27,175 bases of DNA from a virus. Its lineage: Duplodnaviria; Caudoviricetes. A program made the position numbers and the translations under genes. Positions 1-8,705 of this stretch are shown piece after piece. The stretch is from the IMG/VR virus record IMGVR_UViG_3300032373_001141, positions 1-27,175 of that record. One strand, written 5' to 3'. Below the pieces are notes generated by a model. It was given only the letters and a program-made list of their open reading frames with translations, did no database searches and had not been told where the DNA came from. Each line of letters begins with the position of its first letter. The first letter of the stretch is position 1.

Positions 1-357
1 ATGCGAGTTACCACTAATCTTGATACTGAAATCGGACAACGTCTGCGCCGGGCGCGGTTGGCCAAGGGATTAACCCAGACCGGACTCGCCGATAAAATCG
101 GCGTCAGCTTTCAGCAAGTACAGAAATATGAGAACGGCTCCAACCGGGTCAGTTCTTCGCGGCTGGTCGGCATCACCAACACGCTTGGAGTGCCGGTCAC
201 CTATTTCTACGACGAACTCGGGGACGACGTTTGTGATGCGGACGAAAGTGAACTACCAGACAGCGTCATGCGCGTCGCCCGTATGCTGAACGAAATGCCC
301 GAGGGAGACATCAAAGACAAAATCTTCCTGCTGATCAAAGCGTTCGCACGGAACTGA
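1..357 (+). CDS. XRE-family helix-turn-helix transcriptional regulator
   Basis: IGQRLRRARLAKGLTQTGLADKIGVSFQQVQKYENGSNRV is a classic HTH_XRE signature. The start sits at the window edge, so the RBS is not visible. Confidence 0.9.
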   Translation: MRVTTNLDTEIGQRLRRARLAKGLTQTGLADKIGVSFQQVQKYENGSNRVSSSRLVGITNTLGVPVTYFYDELGDDVCDADESELPDSVMRVARMLNEMPEGDIKDKIFLLIKAFARN

Positions 358-361
358 TCAG

Positions 362-1186
362 ATGGAACCCGCTGCCACTCACGATCTCATCAGTATCGAC
401 CCCAAGGATATCATCGTTTCTGAACGCCTGCGGGCCGTAGATGAGGCGTGGGTGGAAGCGATTGCCGCGTCTATCGAACAGAAAGGGCAAGATACGCCAA
501 TCCAGGTTCGCAGAAACGGTGGCGGTAAACTGCATCTGGTCGCTGGTGGGCACCGGCTGGAGGCCTGTCGCCAGATCGGCGTTAATGTCAGGGCCGAAAT
601 CATCGAATGCACCCAGTTGGAAGCGCGATTGATTGAAATTGACGAGAACCTGTTCCGCCGTGAACTGGGAGCGCTGGATCGGGCTGTATTTTTGGCGGAA
701 CGGAAAGCAGTTTATGAGGAGATGTATCCAGAAACTGGACACGGGAAAACACCGGGAAACCAACATAGCGGCCAAAACCGGGAAACCGACATTTTGTCGT
801 TTTCCCAATCGACAGCAGATCACGTTGGGCTCTCCTCACGGTCAATTGAACGGGCCATTAATATCGCCACCAACATCCCAGTCGACGTGCGTCAACGTCT
901 CGTCGGCACCACCATCGCCGATCGACAGGTTGATCTTCTATATCTGGCCAGCCTTGATCCTGACATCCAGCGCAAGGCCATCACTTTATTCAATGACGGC
1001 GCAACCAAAAATCTCAAGCAGGCCGTTGCCAGATCAATCGGCAACGAGGAACCGGAACTGAGTCCGGTAGAACGGCATTTTCAAAAGCTGCTTGATAGTT
1101 GGGCGCAGGCCACTGACGGCGCGAAAAAGCAGTTCCTTCAACACCTCGGAGAAACCGGTGAAATGGAGGTATTTAATGGCCGTTAA
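362..1186 (+). CDS. ParB N-terminal (CTPase-like) domain protein with HTH
   Basis: PIQVR...LVAGGHRLEA (GxxRxxA) and IEIDENLFR (ENxxR) ParB motifs, followed by HTH-like TADHVGLSSRSIERAI. Confidence 0.88.
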   Translation: MEPAATHDLISIDPKDIIVSERLRAVDEAWVEAIAASIEQKGQDTPIQVRRNGGGKLHLVAGGHRLEACRQIGVNVRAEIIECTQLEARLIEIDENLFRRELGALDRAVFLAERKAVYEEMYPETGHGKTPGNQHSGQNRETDILSFSQSTADHVGLSSRSIERAINIATNIPVDVRQRLVGTTIADRQVDLLYLASLDPDIQRKAITLFNDGATKNLKQAVARSIGNEEPELSPVERHFQKLLDSWAQATDGAKKQFLQHLGETGEMEVFNGR

Positions 1187-1637
1187 ACGCGGTGATAACC
1201 AGACGCTTGATCTGCTAAAATGGAGTCCTCCGGAGATCACCGAACGGTTTGCCGAGGATGATCTGGTTCGCGCCCATCTACTGAGCCATCGGATCAGCCG
1301 AGCTGTCGCAGTAACCTTGAAGGAAAGCGATCTCGCTCGTGAGGATATCGCGGAACGAATGGGCGAATTCCTTGGCGAGACCGTGCCAAAAAACATGCTC
1401 GACGCCTATTCTTCCGAGTCCCGTGAAAGCCACAACATTAGCCTTGAGAGGGCCATCGCGTTGGCGCACGCAACCGATGATATCCGCGTATTCGGGGATC
1501 TTCTATCACGATTGGGTTACGCCGTAATCCCGCAGCAATACCTGGGGGCGGTTGATGAAGCGATGTGGGCGGAACAGGAAGAACGGGCAAAAACGAACAG
1601 GCTGGCTTCCAGGCGACGCTGGAAAGGAGGCTTGTGA
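1176..1637 (+). CDS. Phage DNA-binding/regulatory protein preceding the transposase
   Basis: Start re-called to ATG 1176 (GGAGG at 1165-1169). HTH-like AREDIAERMGEFLGETVPKNMLDAYSS. Its stop overlaps the transposase start (TGATG). Confidence 0.7.
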   Translation: MAVKRGDNQTLDLLKWSPPEITERFAEDDLVRAHLLSHRISRAVAVTLKESDLAREDIAERMGEFLGETVPKNMLDAYSSESRESHNISLERAIALAHATDDIRVFGDLLSRLGYAVIPQQYLGAVDEAMWAEQEERAKTNRLASRRRWKGGL

Positions 1638-3859
1638 TGCAGGAATGGTACACCAAGGCTGAAATAGCAGCCCTTTCACTTACTGGTTTTCCAAGTACAG
1701 AACCGGGCGTTACAGCATGGGTAAAAAAACAGAAAATTGAACAACGGTTCCCCAACAAAATCCGTCCACGGAAAGGTCGCGGTGGAGGAAAGGAATACTG
1801 TTTTACAATATTGCCCAGGCCCAACCAAAGCGAACTGAGTATCCGGCACCTCAAGTCCGTGACCGCTCCGGACGCACCGCCGATAGAGGAACTGTTTGAC
1901 GGCGCGCATACGATCCCTGAACCGCCATCAACGGAAGCCGGAGAGCTTCGCCGCGACGCCAAACTACTCGTTCTAAACTTCTGGGATATTTTCCGCTCCC
2001 GTCGCAACGAGCCGATCACCACATCGCGTCACTTCTTTGTGACGATGTTCAAAAACAACAAGATCGAGGGCATTCCGACATGGGTCAAAGGCGCGCTGGC
2101 GAGCACATCCGGTAAGACCTTTCAGCTTTCGGTCAACACCCTGATCGACTGGGAAAATCGACGCGCCAGCCACCAGTTCACGGAACTGGCCGGGTGTTAT
2201 GGCAACCGCAAGGGTAGTGGCATTCTGGACCGGGCTGCGAGCGGCAAGATATCAACCTTCATCGCTGCTCTTCTGGTCAACCAGCTCCATCTGACAGCGG
2301 ACCATATCCGCGATCTGGTACGGGCGGAGTTCGGCGATGATCTGGACGTTGACGGAGAACAAAAGCCGGTGCCGGATATCCGGACCTTCCAACGGTGGAT
2401 CCGCAACTGGCTGGATACGCACCGCGAGGCGGTTCTCAAGATGACCGACCCGGACGCCTTCAAGAACAAGATGAAGTTTGCCGGAACCAATATGAACCAC
2501 TGGGTAAAGCGCCCGAACCAGCTCTGGGAAATTGACGCCAGCCCTGCCGATGTGTTGTTAACCGATGGTCGGTATTCGATCTATGCAGTCGTTGATATCT
2601 ACACCCGGCGCATGCTGGTCGGGGTTTCAAAAACGGCGACGACGGAAGCGGTTTTGTGCCTGACTCGAAAAGCTATTCTGGCATGGGGCGTTCCGGAGAT
2701 CATCCGCACGGACAACGGATCGGATTTTATCAGTTACCGGTTCAAACAGGCAATGAGTGCCCTAGCCATCCATCAGGACATCACGGACCCGTTTTCGCCT
2801 GAGCAAAAAGGGACCGTCGAGCGTCATATAGGCACGTTGCAGCGCGGCTTGATGCCCCTGCTGCCCGGTTTTATCGGGCACAATGTTACGGACCGAAAGA
2901 AAATCGAGGCCCGGCGCAGTTTTGCGCAGCGCCTCGGCGAGTCAGACAAGGATGCTTTCTGCGTCGATCTGAGCCATGACGATCTTCAGGAAATGATCGA
3001 TCAGTGGCTGCTCAGTAAATACGAACACAAAAAACACGGAGGCCTTGCCGGTAAATCTCCGTTCAAGATGATTACGGAGTGGTCTGGCCGGGTCCGCCGC
3101 ATCGAAAACGAACAGGCTCTTGATCTGCTGCTGGCACCGTTGGCCGGGAAAGACGGCATCAGGATCGTTACTAAGCACGGCATTCGTGTTGACAAGACGG
3201 CTTTCATTGCCCCCGAACTCATTCCAGGAACCCGCGTCCTGTGCCGCCATGACCCGGATGACATGGGTCAGATTGCTGTCTATTCCGATGATGGCCGTGA
3301 ATTCATATGCGTGGCGATCTGTCCGGAACGCAAAGGCGTCAACCCCGGCAAGGCCATCCGCGCCGCCCGCGACGAACAAGCACGGCGAATTGCCGAGGTT
3401 CTTGACCCGATTAAGAAAGAAATCAAGGGCATCAAACCTCGAGACATGATCCATGCGGTGCTTGACGTCAACGCACGCGATAGCGCCAGTGTCGCCGCCT
3501 TTCCGAAACAATCCGAAACTTATACCAGTGACGGACTGGATGCCGCAGCCGACGCCGCACTACCGCCATCTGATTCCCAACCGCTCACGGATGACGAAAT
3601 CGTTGAAGCCGAAGCCGCATGGGCGGCGCTTAATGAAGATTACGGCGATAACGTCGTTGTCCTGCCATCGACGTCAGCGCCTGCCGTTCCCCAATTTGAC
3701 GATGATGAAGAGTTCGTTCGTTGGGTACGCGCAAATCCAGCTGAAGCGGGAGAGGGCCGCGTCGCCTATGCCAATCAGCTTCTTGAAGAAAGTTCGACCC
3801 TGCGGATGCAGATCCTTGGGGATGAAGTTAACCGCCAGGACGGTTTCGTGTCGGCCTGA
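1637..3859 (+). CDS. MuA-like DDE transposase
   Basis: Start re-called to ATG 1637 (AGGAGG upstream). N-terminal Mu-type DNA-binding domain (WYTKAEIAALSLTGFPST), DDE triad WEIDAS / RTDNGSDF / KGTVER, and Mu transposase C-terminal beta domain (VTKHGIRVD). Confidence 0.95.
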   Translation: MQEWYTKAEIAALSLTGFPSTEPGVTAWVKKQKIEQRFPNKIRPRKGRGGGKEYCFTILPRPNQSELSIRHLKSVTAPDAPPIEELFDGAHTIPEPPSTEAGELRRDAKLLVLNFWDIFRSRRNEPITTSRHFFVTMFKNNKIEGIPTWVKGALASTSGKTFQLSVNTLIDWENRRASHQFTELAGCYGNRKGSGILDRAASGKISTFIAALLVNQLHLTADHIRDLVRAEFGDDLDVDGEQKPVPDIRTFQRWIRNWLDTHREAVLKMTDPDAFKNKMKFAGTNMNHWVKRPNQLWEIDASPADVLLTDGRYSIYAVVDIYTRRMLVGVSKTATTEAVLCLTRKAILAWGVPEIIRTDNGSDFISYRFKQAMSALAIHQDITDPFSPEQKGTVERHIGTLQRGLMPLLPGFIGHNVTDRKKIEARRSFAQRLGESDKDAFCVDLSHDDLQEMIDQWLLSKYEHKKHGGLAGKSPFKMITEWSGRVRRIENEQALDLLLAPLAGKDGIRIVTKHGIRVDKTAFIAPELIPGTRVLCRHDPDDMGQIAVYSDDGREFICVAICPERKGVNPGKAIRAARDEQARRIAEVLDPIKKEIKGIKPRDMIHAVLDVNARDSASVAAFPKQSETYTSDGLDAAADAALPPSDSQPLTDDEIVEAEAAWAALNEDYGDNVVVLPSTSAPAVPQFDDDEEFVRWVRANPAEAGEGRVAYANQLLEESSTLRMQILGDEVNRQDGFVSA

Positions 3860-3878
3860 TCAAATCCGGAGTTTGCCT

Positions 3879-4601
3879 ATGCATCAAAAATTCGTAGAAA
3901 CCGCAAATGTGAAACGCTTCATGCTGGCAACCGCCGCCATCGAACAGCGGGCCGCTCGTGAAGCCTGCATCGTCCTTGTTCAAGCGGAAGCCGGTTACGG
4001 CAAAAGTGCCACTGGCCAGCAATGGGCAATCAAGCAGGACGCTGTTTTCCTTCGCCTGAAGGCAGCGTGCACCCCGAAATGGCTACTTACCGATCTGGTT
4101 GCGGCGCTCGGAGAACAGGCTCCAGCAAATAGGTGTGAGTCGCTGTTCAATCAGGCTGTCGGGTTTCTTGCCAAAGACCCCAAACCCATCGTTGTTGACG
4201 AAGTTGAAAATGGGCTGGCTAACCTGAAGGTTCTTGAAACCATGCGGGATCTGAGCGATCTCGTAGATGTTCCAGTGATCTTCCTCGGGCGCAATCATGT
4301 GTGGGGCCGACTGCAGCGCGAAAAGCAGTTCCGCACCCGCATCGGTGCGCGGGCGGACTTCACCAGGACAACGCTGGAAGATGTCAAAAAATGCGTGACC
4401 GAACTCTGCGAAGTTGAAGTCGATGACGCCATCGTCACTGCTATCACCGAACAGTCAGAAGGCCACATCCGCGAGGTGATCAAGGCGATCAAGAACGTTG
4501 AGCGGATAGGCTTTAAAGCGGGCGGCAAAGTCACGGCTGAGATGATTCAGGGCAATCCCCTAACCCACGAGTGGCAACGTGAAAAGCGGAGAGCCTCCTG
4601 A
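3879..4601 (+). CDS. MuB-like AAA+ transposition ATPase
   Basis: Start re-called to ATG 3879 (GGAG upstream). Walker A AEAGYGKS, Walker B IVVDEVE, directly after the transposase. Confidence 0.92.
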   Translation: MHQKFVETANVKRFMLATAAIEQRAAREACIVLVQAEAGYGKSATGQQWAIKQDAVFLRLKAACTPKWLLTDLVAALGEQAPANRCESLFNQAVGFLAKDPKPIVVDEVENGLANLKVLETMRDLSDLVDVPVIFLGRNHVWGRLQREKQFRTRIGARADFTRTTLEDVKKCVTELCEVEVDDAIVTAITEQSEGHIREVIKAIKNVERIGFKAGGKVTAEMIQGNPLTHEWQREKRRAS

Positions 4602-4602
4602 A

Positions 4603-5181
4603 ATGTCGGGCCCGATGCAAATGGTTTTAGACGCCTTGCCAATCACGGGGTCGTGCAAGACGGTTGCTTTGATCTCCGATGAGACCGGCATCGAGAAAAA
4701 TAAGGTATCCGATATTTGCTGCAGGCTGATGGTCCGCAAGCTGGTCAGGCGGGAACGGATTGGATGTTACAACCTAACCAGCGATGGCAAACAGGCTCGT
4801 GACGCTGGAAAGACGATCATCAAAGGTCCTGCTGGTCCCAGAACGGGCCGGGTCAGCAACTCGAGTAAACGCACCACCCGAGACATGATCTGGCGCGTGA
4901 TCTGTGCCCGCGAAAAGGTTTCAGTTCCGCAGATACAAACACTCGTTAATGAAGCTAAGGCGCACAATATCAGGGCTTATCTGTCCGCCCTCGCCCAGGC
5001 TGGTTATCTGCAGGAACTTAAGAGCCGAGAGCGCGGAACGGCGCTGACGTCAAACGGTTTTAAGGTCTATCTGCTTTTGCCAGGGAAGAATACAGGACCG
5101 AGAGCACCTGTACTCAAAGACCGCAATACTCTCTATGACAGGAATACAGACGAGACCGTTCAGGTCGGCGGTGACCAATGA
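4603..5181 (+). CDS. Putative tandem winged-helix DNA-binding protein
   Basis: ATG 4603 follows the ATPase stop. Two wHTH-like segments (ISDETGIEKNKVSDICCRL...; IRAYLSALAQAGYL). Confidence 0.65.
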   Translation: MSGPMQMVLDALPITGSCKTVALISDETGIEKNKVSDICCRLMVRKLVRRERIGCYNLTSDGKQARDAGKTIIKGPAGPRTGRVSNSSKRTTRDMIWRVICAREKVSVPQIQTLVNEAKAHNIRAYLSALAQAGYLQELKSRERGTALTSNGFKVYLLLPGKNTGPRAPVLKDRNTLYDRNTDETVQVGGDQ

Positions 5182-5576
5182 CCCGTGTAACGAAAAAACC
5201 GGGACAAGCGCTCGCTTCTGCAAAAATCGCTTGGGGCGACGCCCTGCCGGAATGGGTCGAGACGCTGGCCATTGAAGTCGACACGACATCAACTGCCAAA
5301 GCCGCCAAGGTAATCGGCTATTCGGCGGCAGTGCCGAGTCTTGTTGTGAACAACAAATACAATGGCGATCTGGCGGGCGTCGAAGCCGCCGTCAGGGGGG
5401 CCCTGTTGAACAAGACCGTTAACTGCCCTGTAGACGGTGAAATAACGTCCGATAAATGCGGCATAAACCAGCGATCAAGACTAAACACCACGGCCCCTCG
5501 AACAATCCGCCTTTATCAGAACTGTCGGGGATCCGGCAACGTCCCCAAATGCCCTCACTCACGGATCGGAGGATAG
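5178..5576 (+). CDS. Mu-like early HTH regulator with Cys-rich C-terminus
   Basis: ATGA overlap. HTH-like AKAAKVIGYSAAVPSLVVNNKY, then CPVDG...C...C...CPH. Confidence 0.7.
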   Translation: MTRVTKKPGQALASAKIAWGDALPEWVETLAIEVDTTSTAKAAKVIGYSAAVPSLVVNNKYNGDLAGVEAAVRGALLNKTVNCPVDGEITSDKCGINQRSRLNTTAPRTIRLYQNCRGSGNVPKCPHSRIGG

Positions 5577-5579
5577 GTC

Positions 5580-6338
5580 GTGCAGTTTCAACCAACTATC
5601 CAGCATATCAAAACCATCGTTTCTGAGCATTACGGCGTTTCCATTTCGCTGCTGAACAGCGCCCGACGTGCGCGCGCAATCGCCCGACCGCGACAGGTGG
5701 GGATGTATCTGAGCGCCAGATATACGGGCCGGTCATTACCCGAGATTGGCCGGGCATATGGCGGGCGCGATCACACAACGGTCATGCACGCAGCCAAGAA
5801 AGTGACGGAGTTGATCGGGCAGCAACCGGAGTTCAAGAAACAGGTTGATTTCCTGACCTCTGTCCTCTCGATCGACGGCGAGATCATTGAAAACCCGGAT
5901 ATGCCTTCGAATCTGAAGGCGGCGGCGGATAAGGCGCGGCTCAAGGTCATCGAGGCCGCTCTCCGGATACCTGACCGCACTGCCAATGGCAACGCGAAAC
6001 AGATAGCAAGAATTCTCACCAAATATTTTGGAATGGAGAAACTGTATTCGGCGTCAACCAAGACCGGCACCCGGATTGAAGTTTATGTCAGTGCAGAAAA
6101 CCAGTTCGCCGTCCTGGAATGCGACGGCGACGACGCGCACCTGATGTCGGCTGGTTTTGACTGGGCCGAACACATGCCCACAGCCGAGTTGCCGACACCT
6201 GAATGGCCCAAGTCTCTGCCTTGTCTGAAATGCCCAACGCTCGTTCTTTCACAGCATGCGGGGGATCGTCTGTGCTCGAAGTGCCGGAAATCCAATAACA
6301 GAGTCGAAAACGGAACCGCCGAGGGAGTGGTTGGATGA
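5580..6338 (+). CDS. DnaA C-terminal (domain IV) DNA-binding domain protein with C-terminal CxxC...CxxC zinc ribbon
   Basis: IARPRQVGMYL...SLPEIGRAYGGRDHTTVMHA is the DnaA domain IV signature. There is no AAA+ domain. CLKC...CSKC lies near the C-terminus. Confidence 0.88.
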   Translation: MQFQPTIQHIKTIVSEHYGVSISLLNSARRARAIARPRQVGMYLSARYTGRSLPEIGRAYGGRDHTTVMHAAKKVTELIGQQPEFKKQVDFLTSVLSIDGEIIENPDMPSNLKAAADKARLKVIEAALRIPDRTANGNAKQIARILTKYFGMEKLYSASTKTGTRIEVYVSAENQFAVLECDGDDAHLMSAGFDWAEHMPTAELPTPEWPKSLPCLKCPTLVLSQHAGDRLCSKCRKSNNRVENGTAEGVVG

Positions 6339-6436
6339 TCCGCTTTTTCAAACAGCAACTGCGTTGGTGGAGAAACATCTATCTGGCACCGCGTACCGTT
6401 TATCTAAAAGGAGAACTCCATGGCCGACCTCACTGA
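6335..6436 (+). CDS. Small hypothetical protein (33 aa, MIRFFKQQLRWWRNIYL...)
   Basis: Not in the ORF track. ATGA overlap with the upstream stop, GGAG upstream, fills the gap before gam. Confidence 0.5.
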   Translation: MIRFFKQQLRWWRNIYLAPRTVYLKGELHGRPH

Positions 6437-6938
6437 AATCGAAAAGCTGGCGAAAGAATACGCAGGCGCCAGAGCATCGTTGCATCTCGCGGCCGGGCAG
6501 CTGGATGAACAGATGACCAATCTCAAGAAGAAGGCCCTGCCCAAGATCGCCGCGCGTGCGATGTTTCTGGGTGCGATCGGAAAGCAGCTGGAAGCCGCGA
6601 TTGAGGAAAGCCCCGAGCTGTTCAAAAAGCCTCGCACACAGGTCATGCACAACATCAAGGTTGGTTTCCAGAAACAGTCCGGCACCATCGAAATCAAGGA
6701 TGCCAAGAGCGTCATCATCAAGATTCGGAAACTATTTCCGAGACGTGTGAAGGATCTTATTCAGGTCAAGGAAACGCCCATCAAGGCGGCGCTGAACAAA
6801 CTGCCGGTCGCTGACTGCAGGAAACTTGGCATCACGGTCCACGATGCCACCGACGTCGTCGTTATCACGGCCGTCAAGACCGATACCGACAAACTGGTCG
6901 AGGCGTTTCTCAAGGAAGCCGTGGGGAACAAGTCATGA
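6420..6938 (+). CDS. gam: Mu Gam-like host-nuclease inhibitor (DNA end-binding)
   Basis: AGGAG RBS. Long helical N-terminus then LFKKPRTQVMHNIKVGFQK...LIQVKETPIKAAL. Expected position in the Mu early region. Confidence 0.75.
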   Translation: MADLTEIEKLAKEYAGARASLHLAAGQLDEQMTNLKKKALPKIAARAMFLGAIGKQLEAAIEESPELFKKPRTQVMHNIKVGFQKQSGTIEIKDAKSVIIKIRKLFPRRVKDLIQVKETPIKAALNKLPVADCRKLGITVHDATDVVVITAVKTDTDKLVEAFLKEAVGNKS

Positions 6939-7030
6939 CCGAATATCAGCGCGGCTTTCTGAACGGGGCGATCATTACCGCGTTTGCCGTTCTCGCCGCG
7001 ATGTTTCTGGCAATGTTCGCACCAATCTGA
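6935..7030 (+). CDS. Small single-TM membrane peptide (31 aa, MTEYQRGFLNGAIITAFAVLAAMFLAMFAPI)
   Basis: Not in the ORF track. ATGA coupling to the gam stop and one hydrophobic helix. Confidence 0.65.
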   Translation: MTEYQRGFLNGAIITAFAVLAAMFLAMFAPI

Positions 7031-7042
7031 AGGGAGATCATC

Positions 7043-7330
7043 ATGCTCAACCGCCTGCTTAGTGCCATTCTTCAAATCGATATGCTGGTTAATCGGTGGT
7101 GTAACGTCCACGCGCGAGACACGGACGGGTGCCGACAGATTCGCGACGCGGCACAGGTGATACGGGCCGCAGTCCTGAACGGGTTAATCGAGGCCCAGCC
7201 TGATGACCGCCCGGATCCGGACAAGTGGGTACTCGCCTACATCGAATGCGACGGAGATTGGCAGGGCCTATGCGCCGCCGTGTCCAGGCACACGCTGGCC
7301 GGTGCAGGGCGAAAGATGATGCAGAAATGA
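7043..7330 (+). CDS. Hypothetical protein
   Basis: GGGAG RBS, tight operon packing, ATGA coupling to the next gene. Confidence 0.65.
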   Translation: MLNRLLSAILQIDMLVNRWCNVHARDTDGCRQIRDAAQVIRAAVLNGLIEAQPDDRPDPDKWVLAYIECDGDWQGLCAAVSRHTLAGAGRKMMQK

Positions 7331-7602
7331 AAGAGCATCCCTACGAGCTACCTGAAGGGTCGCCCGCCTGGTTCCATCAGGAAATGACCTGGATCCGCGA
7401 CAACCATGCGTCGGGCTCAGAGACGGCGATCGCGGCAGTCAACGACCTGATCGGACGGACCCTGTTTATCCGAGGTTTCGCGCCGGGCCTTGAAGTCATG
7501 GCCGAAATTCTGGGCACCAATCAGCCGAGTGATACAACGCTGGCCGCACAGGCGGTCACTGCAGCGTACACGAATGGCGACAACACCGGAGACCCAGCAT
7601 GA
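7327..7602 (+). CDS. Hypothetical protein
   Basis: Start re-called to ATG 7327 (ATGA overlap). Its stop overlaps the gemA start. Confidence 0.65.
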   Translation: MKEHPYELPEGSPAWFHQEMTWIRDNHASGSETAIAAVNDLIGRTLFIRGFAPGLEVMAEILGTNQPSDTTLAAQAVTAAYTNGDNTGDPA

Positions 7603-8234
7603 GAAACGCCAATCATGTTAAAATCCAGATCGCCAAGAAAGAATTGGATCTTGATGATGACGCCTATCGTGATGCCCTTCAACGGGCAACCGGAAAGCGT
7701 TCATCCAAAGGCATGAGCCATGCCCAACACCTCAAGGTTCTGACGGAACTCAGACGTCTCGGCTGGAAACCCAACTTTGTCAAACGGCGGGCCGGATCCG
7801 CGAATTCGGTCAAATCGTTGCACGGCAAGAGTCGAGCCCTATGGATTTCGCTCTATCACCTGGGCGTGGTCAGGAATTCAACCGATCAGGCACTGGATGC
7901 CTTCGTCAAACGCCAGACTAGAATCGAGGCGCTGCGCTTTCTCGACATTCGCAATACCAACCGGGTCATCGAAGCCCTGAAGGATATGGGCATGCGCGAA
8001 GCCGGAGTTATCTGGAATCCGCAAACGTCACCACGCGTGTCGGTGATGGAGGCGCAATGGCGGGTTCTTGCCGGGCTAAATGCCGTCCGAAACCCCTCAA
8101 GCTTCGCCATCCAGTTCTACGTCGAAAAGGTCACCAAATCGAACACCCTCTACACTGGGCTGACAGCCGCACAGGCTGACAGGGTCATCGCCGCACTTGG
8201 CGACAAAATTCGGACGGCCAGGCAACCTTCATGA
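7599..8234 (+). CDS. gemA: Mu GemA/gp16-like regulatory protein
   Basis: KIQIAKKELDLDDDAYRDALQRATGKRSSKGM and KSRALWISL...ALDAFVKRQT are typical of the gp16/GemA family. Confidence 0.88.
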   Translation: MRNANHVKIQIAKKELDLDDDAYRDALQRATGKRSSKGMSHAQHLKVLTELRRLGWKPNFVKRRAGSANSVKSLHGKSRALWISLYHLGVVRNSTDQALDAFVKRQTRIEALRFLDIRNTNRVIEALKDMGMREAGVIWNPQTSPRVSVMEAQWRVLAGLNAVRNPSSFAIQFYVEKVTKSNTLYTGLTAAQADRVIAALGDKIRTARQPS

Positions 8235-8515
8235 AACAACGTCTCTGCCAGCGCCGGATCTGTTGTCGCCTGCACATGCTCAACCGTGTGCAGGAACGAC
8301 GCATCGATCTGAGCGCGGCAGAGATCAGACTACTTGAAGGTATCATTGAACGGATGCGCCAAGCTTTCGAGGCCGCTGGCCGGGGCCGTTACAAACTGAA
8401 AATCAAACGCCCGTCAGAAAACATCATCGTCGTATATGACACCCGGCTGAACTGCCTTGTTTCAGCCTGGGCAGGACGGCCAAGGGTGAAACCGAAAGTC
8501 CAGCATCATGAATGA
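8231..8515 (+). CDS. Hypothetical basic protein (possible small BECR-fold RNase-like domain)
   Basis: ATGA coupling. HMLNRVQERRI ... IIVVYD...LVSAW pattern. Confidence 0.6.
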   Translation: MKQRLCQRRICCRLHMLNRVQERRIDLSAAEIRLLEGIIERMRQAFEAAGRGRYKLKIKRPSENIIVVYDTRLNCLVSAWAGRPRVKPKVQHHE

Positions 8516-8705
8516 AAGCAGCGCACAGTCCGCAGTCAATACCTGTGAACAGAGCCCGTTGGCACCGGGCGCAACGCCCAGCGAAGGGCCGACAGCCGAT
8601 CAAGTCTGCCCGCATATGCAGCTAACCGGCCTTTACACCAGACCGTGCCACGCAACTGCCGGGTCACAATCGTCCCTCCAGGGGCACACCGAGGCGGAGG
8701 ATTGA
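8508..8705 (+). CDS. Hypothetical protein
   Basis: Overlaps both neighbours (TTGA coupling to the MTase start). Low-complexity composition, so it is uncertain. Confidence 0.4.
   Translation: MNESSAQSAVNTCEQSPLAPGATPSEGPTADQVCPHMQLTGLYTRPCHATAGSQSSLQGHTEAED

Noticed and set aside
3453-3878. N-terminal extension of the MuB ORF overlapping MuA in the ORF track (similarly 1092-1175, 1565-1636, 7225-7326, 8645-8701, 19341-19397)
   Set aside because: Better starts with RBS or stop-start coupling lie downstream and the extensions look non-protein-like. No slippery site was noticed to support a MuA-MuB frameshift fusion.
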